A DNA stretch of 61,985 nt, the filler included, from Chiloscyllium plagiosum (Eukaryota): the NCBI RefSeq assembly GCF_004010195.1. It is 3 parts of one record of this genome, joined end to end, with 100 filler letters (N's around TTAATTAATTAA, not from the genome) between each part and the next. Parts side by side here need not be neighbours in the genome. Positions count along the whole stretch, not along the records: positions 1 to 28,121 come from NC_057713.1; 2 more parts are not named here. One strand, 5' to 3'. Positions within the stretch are counted from its first letter, which is position 1. Each line of letters begins with the position of its first letter. Below, piece after piece: positions 13,561 through 26,830 of this stretch. The notes beneath the pieces are model-generated. The model searched no databases, had not been told where the DNA came from, and saw nothing but the letters and a program-made list of their open reading frames with translations. Both the position numbers and the translations under genes were made by a program.

Positions 13561-14474
13561 TCTGAAGATTTCAAGACATTCAATCTTGGCATCAATCAGA
13601 AAGATGAAGAATCAAATTTTACTGCTGTGTTGAATTGAAGAAACCCTCCGAAAAGTATGGAGATTACCTAGAAAAGATCACTTGAAGTTACTGCTTGAGA
13701 ATCCATGATATCATGATTGTAATGAGGTCAGCCAGCTGGATCTCATAGAATATGATTTTCCTGATCAGACCAGATTAACAGGCCCAGTCAGGGAGCTCTG
13801 TCTGACATAAAATATTGGATATCAGCGATACGGACACACTAGTGCGTGACTCAGTGAGAGGCGGTACCATAGTCAAAGGCTATGTATTTGTAAACAAAGA
13901 GTGATTGGTGATGGGATACTGGCCTGTGATGTGAACTCGTTTGTGGGGAGGTCCATGGCCAGATCTTCAAGTTGGCTCTTTCTCCCCTCTTTTCATTACA
14001 AGAAACTAGAAGCAACTGTCAAACTGTGTTCAAAAGGAATTTCATGGAGAGAACATTGCATAATAAGTATAAAAAAGCAAAGTTAGTCTTTGTAGTTTAA
14101 AGTATAGGTTGTCTGTAAAAAGGATTTAGTCAATCATGTTTTTCAGTTATTTACCTCATTAGAAATATAAGATCTTGTCATGCTTTGAACTTCAATTGGA
14201 AGCTCAAATCTATTTTTAAAAGCTATACATCTCTGCAGGCATCATAATAAAATATATGTCAGTCAAAAACACAGACGCAGAGACAAAATAAACAGAAAGG
14301 TAATAGCAACTGATCTTCACACAAACTGGGAGGGGCTAGAGGTTCAAAGGCAATTAATTTCCTGAATGTGTTTAGAACAATCTTTTGGAACAATATATTC
14401 ATGAATCAATAACAGATTCTCAGATGACTAATGAGATTGAACTAATCAATAAGCTATCCAAAAGGGAGCACTTA

Positions 14475-15040
14475 TAGTCATAGAGTGATAGAGATATACA
14501 GCATGGAAACAGACTCTTCGGTCCAACCCGTCCATGCCGACCAGATATCCTAACCTAATCTAGACCCATTTGCCAATGTTTTACCCATATCCCTCTAAAC
14601 CATTCCTATTCATATACCCATCCAGGTGCCTTTTAAATGCTGTAATTGTACCAGCCTCCACCACTTCCTCTGGCAGCTCATTCCATACATGCACCACCAT
14701 CTGTGTGGAAAAAGTTGCCCCTTAGATCCCTTTTAAATATTTTCCCTCTCACTGTAAACCTATGTCCTTTAGTTTTAGACTCCCCCACCCCAGGGAAATG
14801 ATCTTGTCTATTTACCCTATCCATGCCCCTCATGATTTTATAAACCTCTATTAGGTCACCCCTCAGCCTCCGACATTCCAGGGAAAACAGCCCCAGCCTG
14901 TTCAGTGTCTCCTTGTAGCTCAAATTCTCCAACCCTGGCAACATCCTTGTAAATCTTTTGTGAATCCTTTCAAGTTTCACAACATCCTTCCTATGACAGG
15001 GAGACCAGAATTGCACACAATATTCCAATAGTTGGCTTAA
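14475..15040 (-). mobile_element. CR1 LINE 3' end
   Basis: ORF 14678..15028 EYCVQFWSP...RLRGDLIEVYKIMRG, plus tail. Confidence 0.9.
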
Positions 15041-15424
15041 CAGTGAACCATAACATGATTAAATTGGACATTAGATTTGAAAGAGAGAAGTGGGACTTAA
15101 AAAAAAAACAAAGTTTTATATTTTGGTAAGGTGAACAATTAAAGGTAATGAGGTAGAAATTCACCACAGTATTCTGAGCAGGATATAATAATGGATTAAC
15201 TACAATGCAGGCCATGTAATAACCTCAAGGGCAAGAGCTCTACTTGTGTAATTAAACAACTTTGAACAACAAAAGAGGTCAGAGACAACATTAAACTGAA
15301 AAAAAAATCTGACAAAAATGCAAAGAGAAGTGAAGATCCCAAAGACTCGGGGATACATGTAGCAAAACAAACAGAGAGTATTAAAAAAACCTGGAAAAAC
15401 TGGGGAGGAATAGCAATGATTTTG

Positions 15425-16068
15425 AGTTTTGATTTATTGTTGTCACATGTACTGAGATACCTTAAAAAGTGTTGATTTGTGTGCTATACATGCAGACCTT
15501 TATTGGTCAGAGTATTGAGTACAGGAGTTGGGAGGTCATGTTGCAGCTGTTCAGGACATTGCTTAGGCCACTGTTGGAATATTGCATGCAATTCTGGTCT
15601 CATTCCTATAAGAACGATGTTGTGAAACTTGTACCATACAAAATGCATCAGGGTAGCAGAGTGCAGAATAGTGCTACAGCCATAGAGAAGGTGCAGAGGG
15701 ATAAAGATCAGAATTAATATTTGAGAGGTCTGTTCAAATTCCTGGTAACAGCAGGAATAAGCTGTTCTTGAATCTGTTCATACGTGTATTCAAACGTTTA
15801 TATCTTCTAATGGAAGAGAGTATAACTGGGGTGGGAGAGGTCTTTGATGATGTTGGTTGCTTTCCTGAGGCAGCAGCAAGTGAAGTTGAAGCCAATGGAT
15901 GGAAGGTTGGTTTTTGTGATGGACTGGGCTGTGTTCACAACTCTCTGTAGGTTCATGCCATCTTGGGAAGAGCAGTTGCCAAACCACACTGTGATCCATC
16001 CAGATAGAATATTTTCTATGGTGCATCTCTCAAAATTGGTAAGTCTTTGTGGACATGCTGAATTTCCT
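15425..16068 (-). mobile_element. Rex1/Babar-like LINE 3' fragment with a nested CR1 piece (~15495-15632)
   Basis: WFGNCS..D...LQRVVNTAQSIT...LP...CLRKA.NIIKD.SHP is typical of the Rex-Babar ORF C-terminus. Confidence 0.7.
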
Positions 16069-16294
16069 TAGCCTCCTTTTGTGAGGAACAAAAGACTTTA
16101 TGAGCATTTTAAGAGAGAAAGAGTAGCTGACTAACGACCTTTAGAGACAAATGATATGTGGAGCTTGTTCAAGGAGCAACTATTGAGTGTCCTAGCCTCC
16201 TTTTGTGAGGAACAAAAGACTTTATGAGCATTTTAAGAGAGAAAGAGTAGCTGACTAACGACCTTTAGAGACAAATGCAGCAAATTCTGTAAAT

Positions 16295-16927
16295 TGTGAT
16301 AAAACTATGACTTTAAGAGTTTTTTTGTTGTTTTTTTAAAATGAAATGAGATTGAGACAGAGTTGATGAGCAGTCTGCTCATGGCCAATGAAATAAACAG
16401 CTTGTGAGGCCTTGGGTTTTTTTTTAAAGTTGGAACAATAGAAGCAGCCTGGAAGGGTGAGGTACAGCTCCCACAGAGCCAGGAATTTTAGTTTTAGCTT
16501 TCAGTAGCTGCTTGGGTCTTGAAGTTGGATGTGGAAGCTCGAATTCCTCTCTCTCTGCTACAGTTAAAAGCTGGGGTTCTCTTCCTGCTGCTAGAATGGC
16601 ATGTGATATAATCTGTTTTATTGAAATTGCATTTGCCAAGGGTGTGTTTATAGGATGTAACAATATTGGAACAGTTAATTCATGGTAGTTACTATATATT
16701 ATTTTGTTAAGCATTTCTATAGAGTTGCAGTAGTCAATTATTTTCTATTACTTTTCCTTTGTCTGCACTTTAATTCTAATGGAAAAATAAAGTGTGTTTT
16801 GCTTAAAACAGAATAGTTTGACCAATCAAATTGCATCTGGAATACAAAACCTTACACTTCACTTTAAAATAAGAAAAAAGACTATCTTCTTAATACATTT
16901 TGAAGGGGTTTGGTCTGGTGTATAACA
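16295..16927. mobile_element. LTR-like repeat (TG...CA), candidate solo LTR
   Basis: TGTGAT...TATAACA termini. Same family as 1557-2525 and 43468-44048. Confidence 0.55.
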
Positions 16928-17669
16928 AATTGAATATAAGGAAATTGCAGAATTATGAAATACATACTTTATATTGGACATTACTGGAAAAGAAGAGAAT
17001 AAATTGACAGAGATAAGAGACAAATTTAAAAAATAATTCAATGGGAGAAACTAACTGGATTTAATGTAAGTAAAAAAATCAGTAATTAAGTAAATAATGA
17101 GGCTTAAGATAAAAATAGAAATCCCCAAGACCAGATGATTTCGGTTTCGGGGTTTAAAAAGGGAGTGAGGAAATTGCAGCTGTTCTAGTCAAGATTTTCA
17201 AAATACTTTGAATCTAGGAATTGCCTGTTTGGATTTCATTATATTACTCCAGTGTTTAAAAAGCAGAAGCCAAATAATCCCATGTATGTTCTGGAGAAGT
17301 TATTAAATATTGGGGGTACTGTTTAATGGGTGACTTCATGAATCTTGACCATTGATGAGTGAGATGGTGAGCATTGCTGAAAGGTGTAAGGGTCTGAAAG
17401 GGTTAACTTTGAGGTCTATGTTAAATACTGATCAATATGATGATGGCTCGAGGACTCAGGCTGGCGAATAGCTTTGGATCTCAAAGAATTAAGACTAAAA
17501 GTCAAGGTCTCCTTTGTAGTCTCAGTAACCATATCCATCACACCAATGTGACTTGCTATCATGAAATTGACAGCATCTTGTTTAAGGTAAAACTCTCATT
17601 AAACAACAAGAAGGTTTTCCTCTGCCACATCTGGGAAAGAGAATGATGGCAGCAAATCCACTAAATGAA

Positions 17670-18410
17670 TCATAGAACATAGAACAGTACAACACAGGAA
17701 CAGACCCTTCAGCCCACCATGTCTATGCCCACCAAGATACCATTGTAAACTAGTCCCATCTGCTCGCGCATGGTCCATATCCCTCTATTCTCTGTCTGTT
17801 CGTGTGTCTGTCTAAATGTCTCGTAAATGTTGCTATTGTATTTGTTTCTATCACCTCCTCTGGCACCACTGGCAACATGTTCCAGGAACCTACCACCCTC
17901 TGTGTAAAGATCTTGCCTCACACATCTCCTTTAAACATTCTCACTCTCACCTTAAGCCTATGCTGCCTAATACTTGATGTTTCCACCTTGGGAAAAAGAT
18001 TCCAAATGTCCACCCGATCCATGCCTCTCATAATTTTATATCCTTCTATCAGGTGGCCCTCAGCCTCCAACATTCTAGCGAAAATAATGCAAGACTGTCC
18101 AATGTCTGTTTGCAGAAGTGGGTACTGCAGATGATGGAGATTAGAGTCAAGTCTAGAGTGGTGCTGGAAATGTACAGCAGGTCAGGCAGCATCCTGATGA
18201 AGGGCTCCTCGGATGTTGCCTGACCTGCTGTGCTTTTCCAATGTCTCTTTGCGGCTGATGCACTTGAATCCCAGACAGCATTCTGGTAAATCTTTTCTGC
18301 ACCCTCTCTGAAGCCTCACATCCTTCCTGTAGTGTGGTGGCCAGGACTGTGCACAATACTCCAAATGTAGCCGAACTAAAGTCTTACACAGCTTACATCA
18401 TGACTATCGA
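17670..18410 (-). mobile_element. CR1 LINE 3' fragment with a nested inverted Penelope terminal-repeat piece (~18120-18240)
   Basis: EYCAQSWPPHYRKDV...ERVQKRFTRML, with the tail at ~17670. Confidence 0.8.
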
Positions 18411-19829
18411 TGGCAAGCATTGATCATACAGCATGGTGGCAAGCAAAACAATTCCATTTACCTCCAGGTCACCAGATTACAGGGAGGAAGTGGAGGCTTC
18501 AGAGCGGGTTCAGGAGAGGTTTACCAGGATGCTGCCTGAATTAGAGGGTATGAGTTATAAGGAGAGGTTGAACAAATGACCAGATTTGTTTTCTATGGAG
18601 TGGTGGAGACTGAGGGAGACTTGATAGAAGTTTATAAAATTATCAGATGTATAGATAGGGTTGACAGTCAGAATCTTTTTCCCAGACTTGAAATGTCTAA
18701 TACTCGGCAGGTAAGAGCGTGGAACGCATTGCTGGGGTAATGGTCAAGGCAGATACGATGGGGCAGTTAAAGGGCTTTTAGATAGGCACATGAATAAGCA
18801 AGGATTGGAGGCATATGGATCAAGCACAGACAGAAGGGATTAACTTAATTTGGCGTCACGTTCGGCTCAGCAGCCCTTCAGCTGAAGGACCTGTTCCTGT
18901 GCCGTACTGTCCCATGTTCTGTGTTCTATGTTCAAAATGCCAACAGTCATGATGTTCTGACAATTCTTCAAATCGAGCTTTAAGAAGGCTACTGATGGAG
19001 AGAGTGGCTGACAGAACTTAATTTTTAGGAATACTGAAGAAGAGAACTGTACAGAAAATTTCTACAAGATTGAATGTACAGTAATAAGTTAAAGAAAAAA
19101 GCATCTCAGAACTAGTAAGCGATGTGTAACAGTGAGTGTGAGCGAGAAACCCCATGGAACTGCAGCACTAGCTACTCTTAGACAGTTACTGATTTACCTA
19201 ATTTCACTGAGTAGTCCTTAGTTAAAGTTCAACTGAAACGCAAACAGGCTTCATAGGCTCCATGAGAAAGGTTGAAATTCCTGGTGGACAAGGGAAAACA
19301 TTCTTAAAAGTTGGAGTTAGGCAAGCTTAAATTAAGCGAAGTACTTACAACACAGTTCTAGCATCTCCAGTTTAGTGACCGGGCTCCAAAAAGCATGACC
19401 AAAGCCATGGAAATTGAGGATCAAATAAGCATTATAAAATGAGGCTGTAGACCTGGGAATGTCACCAAGCCAGGAATAAAGAAAGAAAGGGAAAATTTAG
19501 AAATCTTAAAAAACATTGGAAGAAGCATGTTTGGAACCTATTGACAATATCCAATATTTAAACCCACTGTGTAAGTAGGAAGTGTTTAATTAGACTGCAC
19601 ACAGCAGGACATACCCAGGTAAACTCTTTGGAGTCCACAAGTCTTCCTATCCTGGACTTAATCAGTGCAGAGTTGAGAAAGCATCAGAATTCCCATGAGT
19701 ATCCCCCTGCTCCCCCCAACTACAAAACCTGCCTTATGGGAGGGCATTAAATTCTATTAATGACAAAGAGTGAGATTTTTGGTCTAACATGGACTGATGA
19801 GAGAGAAGAAGCATGGATTGGTAAATAAA

Positions 19830-20120
19830 TTTCTGTAAAGGTTATGGGTGAGAAGGGACAGATATAAAAGGGACCTCAGGGTAACCTTTTCACACAGAGG
19901 GTGGTGCATGCATGGAATGAGCTGCCAGACGAAGTAGTGTAGGTTGGTACAATTACATTTAAAAAGGCATCTGGATGGGTTTGTGCATAGGAAAGGTTTA
20001 GAGGGATTTGGGCCAAGTGCTGGCAAATAGGACTAGATTAATCCAGGATATCTAGTCAACATGGACGAGTTGGACCGACGGGTCTATTTCTGTCTGTTTC
20101 TCTATGACTATGACTCTATA
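19830..20120 (+). mobile_element. CR1 LINE 3' end
   Basis: DLRGNLFTQRVV..WNELP coding remnant and tail. Confidence 0.85.
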
Positions 20121-21849
20121 AATTTGTAAAGTTAGTTGAACTTTTTGAGGAGGTACTGTGATAGATTGGGGAATTTCTATGGAGGTCAACCGTACAGATT
20201 CCTAGAAGCCATTTTTCAAGTTTCCATTTAAGAGTTTAATTAAAATGAAAAGACATGGAATTGGTCTTATCTATTGATACGAGTCAGGAATTGGCTATAA
20301 AGTAGGTGACAGGAATTTGGGATAGGTGAGCCTTTAGTGGCAGTTATTGTCAGTGCAGACTCGATGGGTTGCAGGGCCTTTTCTGCACTGTATGAGTCTA
20401 TGAATCTAAAAAAAATGATATGCTCTCCAAATAGGAAAGAAACAAGAGTGGCTGAAGTAGAGTATCTTCCCCATTATATTCCTGGCTGCTGAACTCTTGT
20501 GGTATGGTGGTAGTGTCTCTATCTCTGATCCAAGAGGCCCAGGTTTGGATCCAGAAGAGTGTCATAACATTTCTCAACAGGTTGATGAGAAAGTATCTAT
20601 CCTCGGCTCCTAATTGCTATAAAAACTAACATTCCATCAATTTATCCAATTTGATATTTGAAGTTTACAATTTGATATCCTGTGAAGCAGATAGAATCGG
20701 GTATTAGGGCAGAATGGTGCAGCACCTATTTAAGATTGCAGTCTGGTCAAAGGGAGGTCAATAAGATAAGTTTGTCATGAGTTTTGAGAGGAAGGAATGT
20801 TCCTCTACATTCCAAGAATATAATCTAGAGAATTGTTGAACGAGCTTCCCCTTCCATCATGACTGCATACCTTGCAGACCTCTCTTGATACCAGCCAGGC
20901 TGTTCTCGGGGCTGCCTTCTCTTCACCATCCAGACGTTGGTGAGATTCAATGGGGCTAGCCCTGTGATGATGAGTCCTAGCTTTCCAAAGGGAGCCAGAC
21001 CACAATCAAGAGGTGAGGAGCTGTCTTCCACCTGTCAGCCACCTGATGTTCAAACATGCCCCAGCCTTTGTGATTTCCACCGTGACACCAACACAGGATC
21101 TGCACCTAGATATCAATCAACTAATGCAGGGTAAGTGGAAAAAATGTGCATTTCATTCACAGTGAACATTGGCAACAGAATAAAAAAAGGTCATCAATAT
21201 TTAATTGGCCCATTTGGTGACTCATAAGTACCGAATGTTTATTATGACAGGTCTGGCAAAATGAATCAGTTTCTCAGTGACCATGGAAGAAATTTGCCAC
21301 CCATGGGTAAACTAAGCAACTTTAATATCTAAAATTTGTGAACTTGCCATCTTCTTTCTTATTTTTAACAACCAGGATAAATATCCAAGCGATTATTCCA
21401 GGTCCACTCCCATGACTGTTTTAAATGGAAGTGGTACTTTGTCACTGTTTCCATCATTAGCTGGACAAAAAGTACATTGCAAACCTTTCAACCATAACAG
21501 GAGCTGCCCCTTTGACAAGTTTTTAAACCTTCCAATGTCACTTTGACTAATCTAAGAACACATTAAAAAACACTTTGTTCTTGCTTTTTCTATTCCAGGA
21601 ACCTAAATACCAGAATTAAAAGAGCTTTAAATTTAACACCATCACAGCATGTGGATCTAAATAACACATAACATGGAAATAAAACCATATCGGAATCAGA
21701 TGGAAATCAATCAGGAATGTTGAGTTGAAGAAGAAGATCGATTCGAATACATTAAATACAAGAGGAGACTAGAAGGGCTGCCTGACTCCTCCTCTTTTAC
21801 CCAGTTGGACAGTCGATGTCTACGTCTGATCATTGCATTGTGTTCAGGC

Positions 21850-23270
21850 ATTGGGAGGTCATGCTGTGGTTAGGCCACTTTTGAAATATCGAATTCAATT
21901 TTGGTCTCCCTGCTACAGGAGAGATAGAGTCATAGAGAAGTACAGCATGGAAACAGACCCTTCAGTCCAACCTGTCCATGCTGACCAGATATCCGAACCC
22001 AATCTAGTCCCACCTGCCAGCATCTGGCCCATATCCCTCCAAACCCTTCCTATTCATATACCCATCCAAATGCCTCTTAAATGTTGNNNNNNNNNNNNNN
22101 NNNNNNNNNNNNNNNNNNNNNNNNNNNNNNNNNNNNNNNNNNNNNNNNNNNNNNNNNNNNNNNNNNNNNNNNNNNNNNNNNNNNNNNNNNNNNNNNNNNN
22201 NNNNNNNNNNNNNNNNNNNNNNNNNNNNNNNNNNNNNNNNNNNNNNNNNNNNNNNNNNNNNNNNNNNNNNNNNNNNNNNNNNNNNNNNNNNNNNNNNNNN
22301 NNNNNNNNNNNNNNNNNNNNNNNNNNNNNNNNNNNNNNTTCAGCAACACTCCCTAGGACCTTACCATTAAGCGTATAAGTCCTGCTAAGATTTGCTTTCC
22401 CAAAATGCAGCACCTCGCATTTATCTGAATTAAACTCCATCTGCCACTTCTCAGCCCATTGGCCCATCTGGTCCAGATCCTGTTGTAATCTGAGGTAACT
22501 CTCTTCGCTGTCCACCACACCTCCAATTTTGGTGTCATTTGCAAACTTACTAACTGTACTTCTTGTGCTCGCATCCAAATCATTTATGTAAATGACCAAC
22601 AGTAGAGGACCCAGCACCGATCTGTGTGGCACCCCACTGGTCACAGGCCTCCAGTCTGAAAAACAATTCTCCACCACCACCTCTGTCTTCTACCTTTGAG
22701 CCAGTTCTGTATCCAAATGGCTAGTTCTCCCTGTATTCCATGAAATCTAAGCTTGCTAATCGGTCTCCCATGGGGAACCTTGTCGAACGCCTTTCTGAAG
22801 TCCATATAGATCACATCTACTGCTCTGCCCTCATCAATCGTCTTTGTTACTTCTTCAAAAAACTCAATCAAGTTTGTGAGACATGATTTCCCACGCACAA
22901 AGCCATGTTGACTATCCCTTGCCTTTCCAAATTCATGTACATCCTGTTCCTCAGGATTCCCTCCAACAACTTGCCCACCACCGAGGTCAGGCTCACCAGT
23001 CTATAGTTCCCTGGCTTATCTTTACTGCTCTTCTTCAACTGTGGCACCACGTTTGCCAACCTCCAGTCTTCCGGCACCTCACCTGTGACTATCGACGATA
23101 TAAGTATCTCAGCAAGATGCCCAGCAAACACTTCTCTAGCTTCCCACAGAATTCTCAGGTACACCTGATCAGGTCCTGGGGATTTATCCACCTTTAACCA
23201 TTTCAAGATCCAGCACTTCCTCCTCTGTAATCTGGACATTTTGCAAGATGTCACCATCTATTTCCCTACA
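21850..23270 (-). mobile_element. CR1 LINE (RT region), spanning the gap at 22087-22338
   Basis: KSPGPD, WRLANVVP, NYR.VSLTSVVGKLLE, KSCLTNLIEFFE, DFRKAFDKVPH, SGVP..SVLGPLL, SKFA(N)DTK. Frameshifted. Confidence 0.92.
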
Positions 23271-24205
23271 ACCTGATGCAAAAAATTCATTTAGTTGTTG
23301 TTAAATGTGAAAGGGTTCAGAAAAGATTTACAAGGATGTTGTCAGGATTAGAGCTAGAGGGAGAGGTATTGAGAATCCTTCAGGTCACCTCACCTGGGTC
23401 AAGAATTGAACCCATACTGTTGATGTTACTCTACATCACAGATCAGCTGTCCAGCCAATGGAGCTAACTAGCAGGTGGCATGGGGTGGCAGTTGGCAGAA
23501 CAATTGAGAAATGAACAAGAAGCTGTTGTTATGGCCTAGACCAGACCACTCTTAAGCAGGCAGCCCAGACCATAACTTTGCAATTTGTTTCGGTCAGTGT
23601 ACAGTGATAATTACCCAGAGTAAGTTAGCGAGGTTGACTGCCAGGTTTAAAACAGACAAAAAAAATTTATTCACAAGATTTCACAATGAAACACAAAGAA
23701 CAGAATAAAGAACCCCTACAGAACTCAGTCTGTCCAAACTAGACCTGCACCTCAAGGAGCGCCTTCTGAAAAATCCAAGGACACAGTATCCTTGAGAAAA
23801 GAAACAGCTTTTAGAAAAAAGAAATCAGCTTTGTGACACTGTCGAGAGAGGAAACTCAATCCAGAGTACGAGGATGAAGAGGATTCTCTGTAAGGGTCAG
23901 ATGCACTTTGGACGATGGGCTGAATGGCTTGCTTCCACATTGTAGAGTTCTATGATTCAATGACACACTGTCTATCCCTTGAAAGTGGGAGCCCTGGCTT
24001 TGCACTGCTACTGTATCCAATAGCAGTACTGTCAGGGAGCAGTAGGTTCCTTTCTGTCTGTGAAGCTATCCTTTAAGAGGAGCAGCCTGCCTTTAAGAGC
24101 TGGAGTCTAGCTGGAGCATGTATTTTCTGTTTAAAGTTAACATTTTGGGTCTAGTGGACCAGAAATGTTAACTCTGCTTCTTTCTCCACAGACCTTTGAA
24201 TTTGG

Positions 24206-24524
24206 ATTAGATAAGATTACATTACATTACAGTGTGGAAACAGGCCCTTTGGCCCAACAAGTCCACACCGCCCCGCCAAAGCGCAACCCACCCATACCCC
24301 TACATTTACCCCTTACCTAACACTACGGGCAATTTAGCATGGCCAATTCACCTGACCTGCACATCTTTGGACTGTGGGAGGAAACCGGAGCACCCGGAGG
24401 AAACCCACACAGACATGGGGAGAACGTGCAAACTCCACACAGTCAGTCGCCTGAGGCGGGAATTGAACCCGGGTCTCTGGTGCTGTGAGGCAGCAGTGCT
24501 AACCACTGTGCCACCGTGCCGCCC
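24206..24524 (-). mobile_element. HE1-type V-SINE (young-looking copy)
   Basis: Highly similar to 1213-1523. Confidence 0.9.
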
Positions 24525-24779
24525 ACTTGCCACCATGCCGCAGCGATTTCTAATTTCCAGTTCTTTGTTTCTTTTATTTTCGAATCATCCTGCTCAGAAA
24601 TGTTATTACACTCCTCTGGAGCAGCTGGTGTGTGAACCTGGTTTCCTGGCTCAGAGATAGGGACATAACCACCACTGGAAAATATATTAACTACGCACAC
24701 GGCTAGGCTCCTTGTTGAATGTTTATCCAGCAAGCAAGATAAACCCTGCTTCATTGAATGCCATGGCAAAGGGGGAATC

Positions 24780-25072
24780 CTAGAATCCCTACAGTGTGGA
24801 AGCAGGATATTCGGCCCATCAAGTCTAAACCAGCCCTCTGAAGAGCATCCCACCCCACCCCATAACCCTGCACTTCCCATGGCTAACCCACCTAGCCTGC
24901 ACGTCCCTGGGCACAATGGGTAATTTAGCATGGCCAATCCACCCTAACCTACGCATCTTTGGAGGAAACCCACGGGGGGAATGTGCAAACTCCACCCAGA
25001 CAGTCGCCCGAGGCTGGAATCGAACCCGGTGCTGTGAGGCAGCAGTGTTAACCACTGAGCCACCGGGCCACC
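24780..25072 (-). mobile_element. HE1-type V-SINE, variant subfamily
   Basis: Same head and core with a different 3' body (GGCTAACCCACCTAGCCTGCAC). Confidence 0.8.
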
Positions 25073-26129
25073 CTGCAATAAGCAGCAGAAAACTTGAATG
25101 CTGCCTGTTTCAATGAGACTGAACACAGGCCGATCATGAATCACAGCACAAACATCTGAATACGGGAGCAGACAAAATCTTAGCTCATGGAATCCCTGGC
25201 ATTCTTGAAAGGACTTATACCTCACCTGCGTATAACAGATCAATGAAGCATGTTTTACAGCACAACTCCATTTAGATAACATCTGTAGACTTTGCTGGAG
25301 AGGACATTCCGACTGAAATGAGAAACTATCGCCATTCTGACAAAGAGCGATTGCTTTATTCTATTTTTAAGATCTGTCCAAAGTTAAGAATCTCCAAAAT
25401 GTCTCCACTAATGCCAAATAGAACTAATGATCTTCTCCCCAAATATTCAGTCGTTACCAGGAGACATACAATAAATGTTTATATTTGATTCATATATCCA
25501 TTTTTTCTAATCCTCATGCTGTGTCATTTACTTGCATTATAATAAGCAGTTTTCAGTGCTTTGTATTTAATGCATTTTAACCTCAGATGCAATGTATAAT
25601 CTGCAGTCATCATGCATAGCTTTGACCATCTGTTTCAAATTATATGTGTTGGAGTCTTTTTCCCTTATTTTTGTTGAGGCCATCCAAACCAAGCTAATCC
25701 TAAACATCAAAACAGAATAAACAAAGTACTGTATACTTTCAAATTTCAAAATCCACTGAACTAGTGTGGAAAATGTTGGAAAGATTTTATTTGGGATATA
25801 TCTCAATTATTGCTGTAAAAAAAACTGCAAATGATCTTGATGATTGGGCATTAACAATGGAATTTTTAGAGTTCGTTCAAATTCATCAGTTAAGTATATT
25901 ATGTTCCTTTATTATCATCAAGTTTAGTTCTGCCAAGAAATACATATTATTTTCTGGAAATTTTACTGTAGTTAATATCACATTTAACACTCAAATTAAA
26001 GCATTCAACACAGAGTAACTATGATAAATCAAGAAAAGAATCCCTCAAGTGCAGATGGAGGCCATTTGGCCATCGAGTCTGCACCAATCCTCTGGAGAGT
26101 TTCCCACCCAGACCCAGCCAACTTCTGTG

Positions 26130-26830
26130 GAAAGAGAATCAGTGTTAACATTTCGGGTCCAGTGACCTTTCGTCAGAACTGTTGCTGCCAGACCTGCTGA
26201 GTTTTTTCAGCTCTTTCTGTTTTTGTTAAACTCAGTGTTCTGAAGGCTGAAAGACATCTAGGTGGAAGATGAGGTGCTGTTTCCCAAGCGGAGCTGAGCT
26301 GGGGCAAGCCTGACACAGAGATATTGGCCAGGGAACATGGTGGAAACTTGAGGTCATTTTTACGGACAGAACATGTGTGTTCTGCAATGTAGTCTCCTAG
26401 AGTCTAGATTAGAGTGGTGCTGGAAAAGCACAGCAGGTCAGGCAGCATCCGAGGAGCAGGAAAATCGACGTTTTAGGCAAAAGCCCTGTGATCTAAACTC
26501 TGGTTTCCAGCATCTGCAGTCCTCACTTTTGCTTAATGTAGTCTCCTAGTCTGCCTTTTATCTCGTCAATGTAATGGACACTACAGTGTGAGCAGTGGAT
26601 ACAGTAGACTAGATTGAGTGAAGTGCAGGTAAATCGTTGCTTCACCTGGAAGGTATGTCCACGGCCTTGGATAGTGAGGAGGGATGAAGTAAGTGGGCAG
26701 GTGTTACACCTTCTGTGGTTGTATGGGAAGGTGCCATGAGGTTGTAGGAAGGTGTTGGGTATGGAGGAGGAATGGACCAGGGTGGTACTGTAGGGAACAG
26801 TGCCTGTGGAATGTTGACAAAAGAGGGGAA
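26130..26830 (-). mobile_element. Decayed Penelope GIY-YIG fragment and terminal repeat, with a younger nested insertion at 26401-26534
   Basis: The - strand reads TFQVKQRFTCTSLNLVYCIHCSHCSVHYIDEIKGRLGDY. Hammerhead-like motif at 26144-26179. Confidence 0.75.

Noticed and set aside
21833..22680. Long ORFs of 181 and 208 aa
   Set aside because: Their length comes from reading through N gaps. The real part is CR1 sequence.
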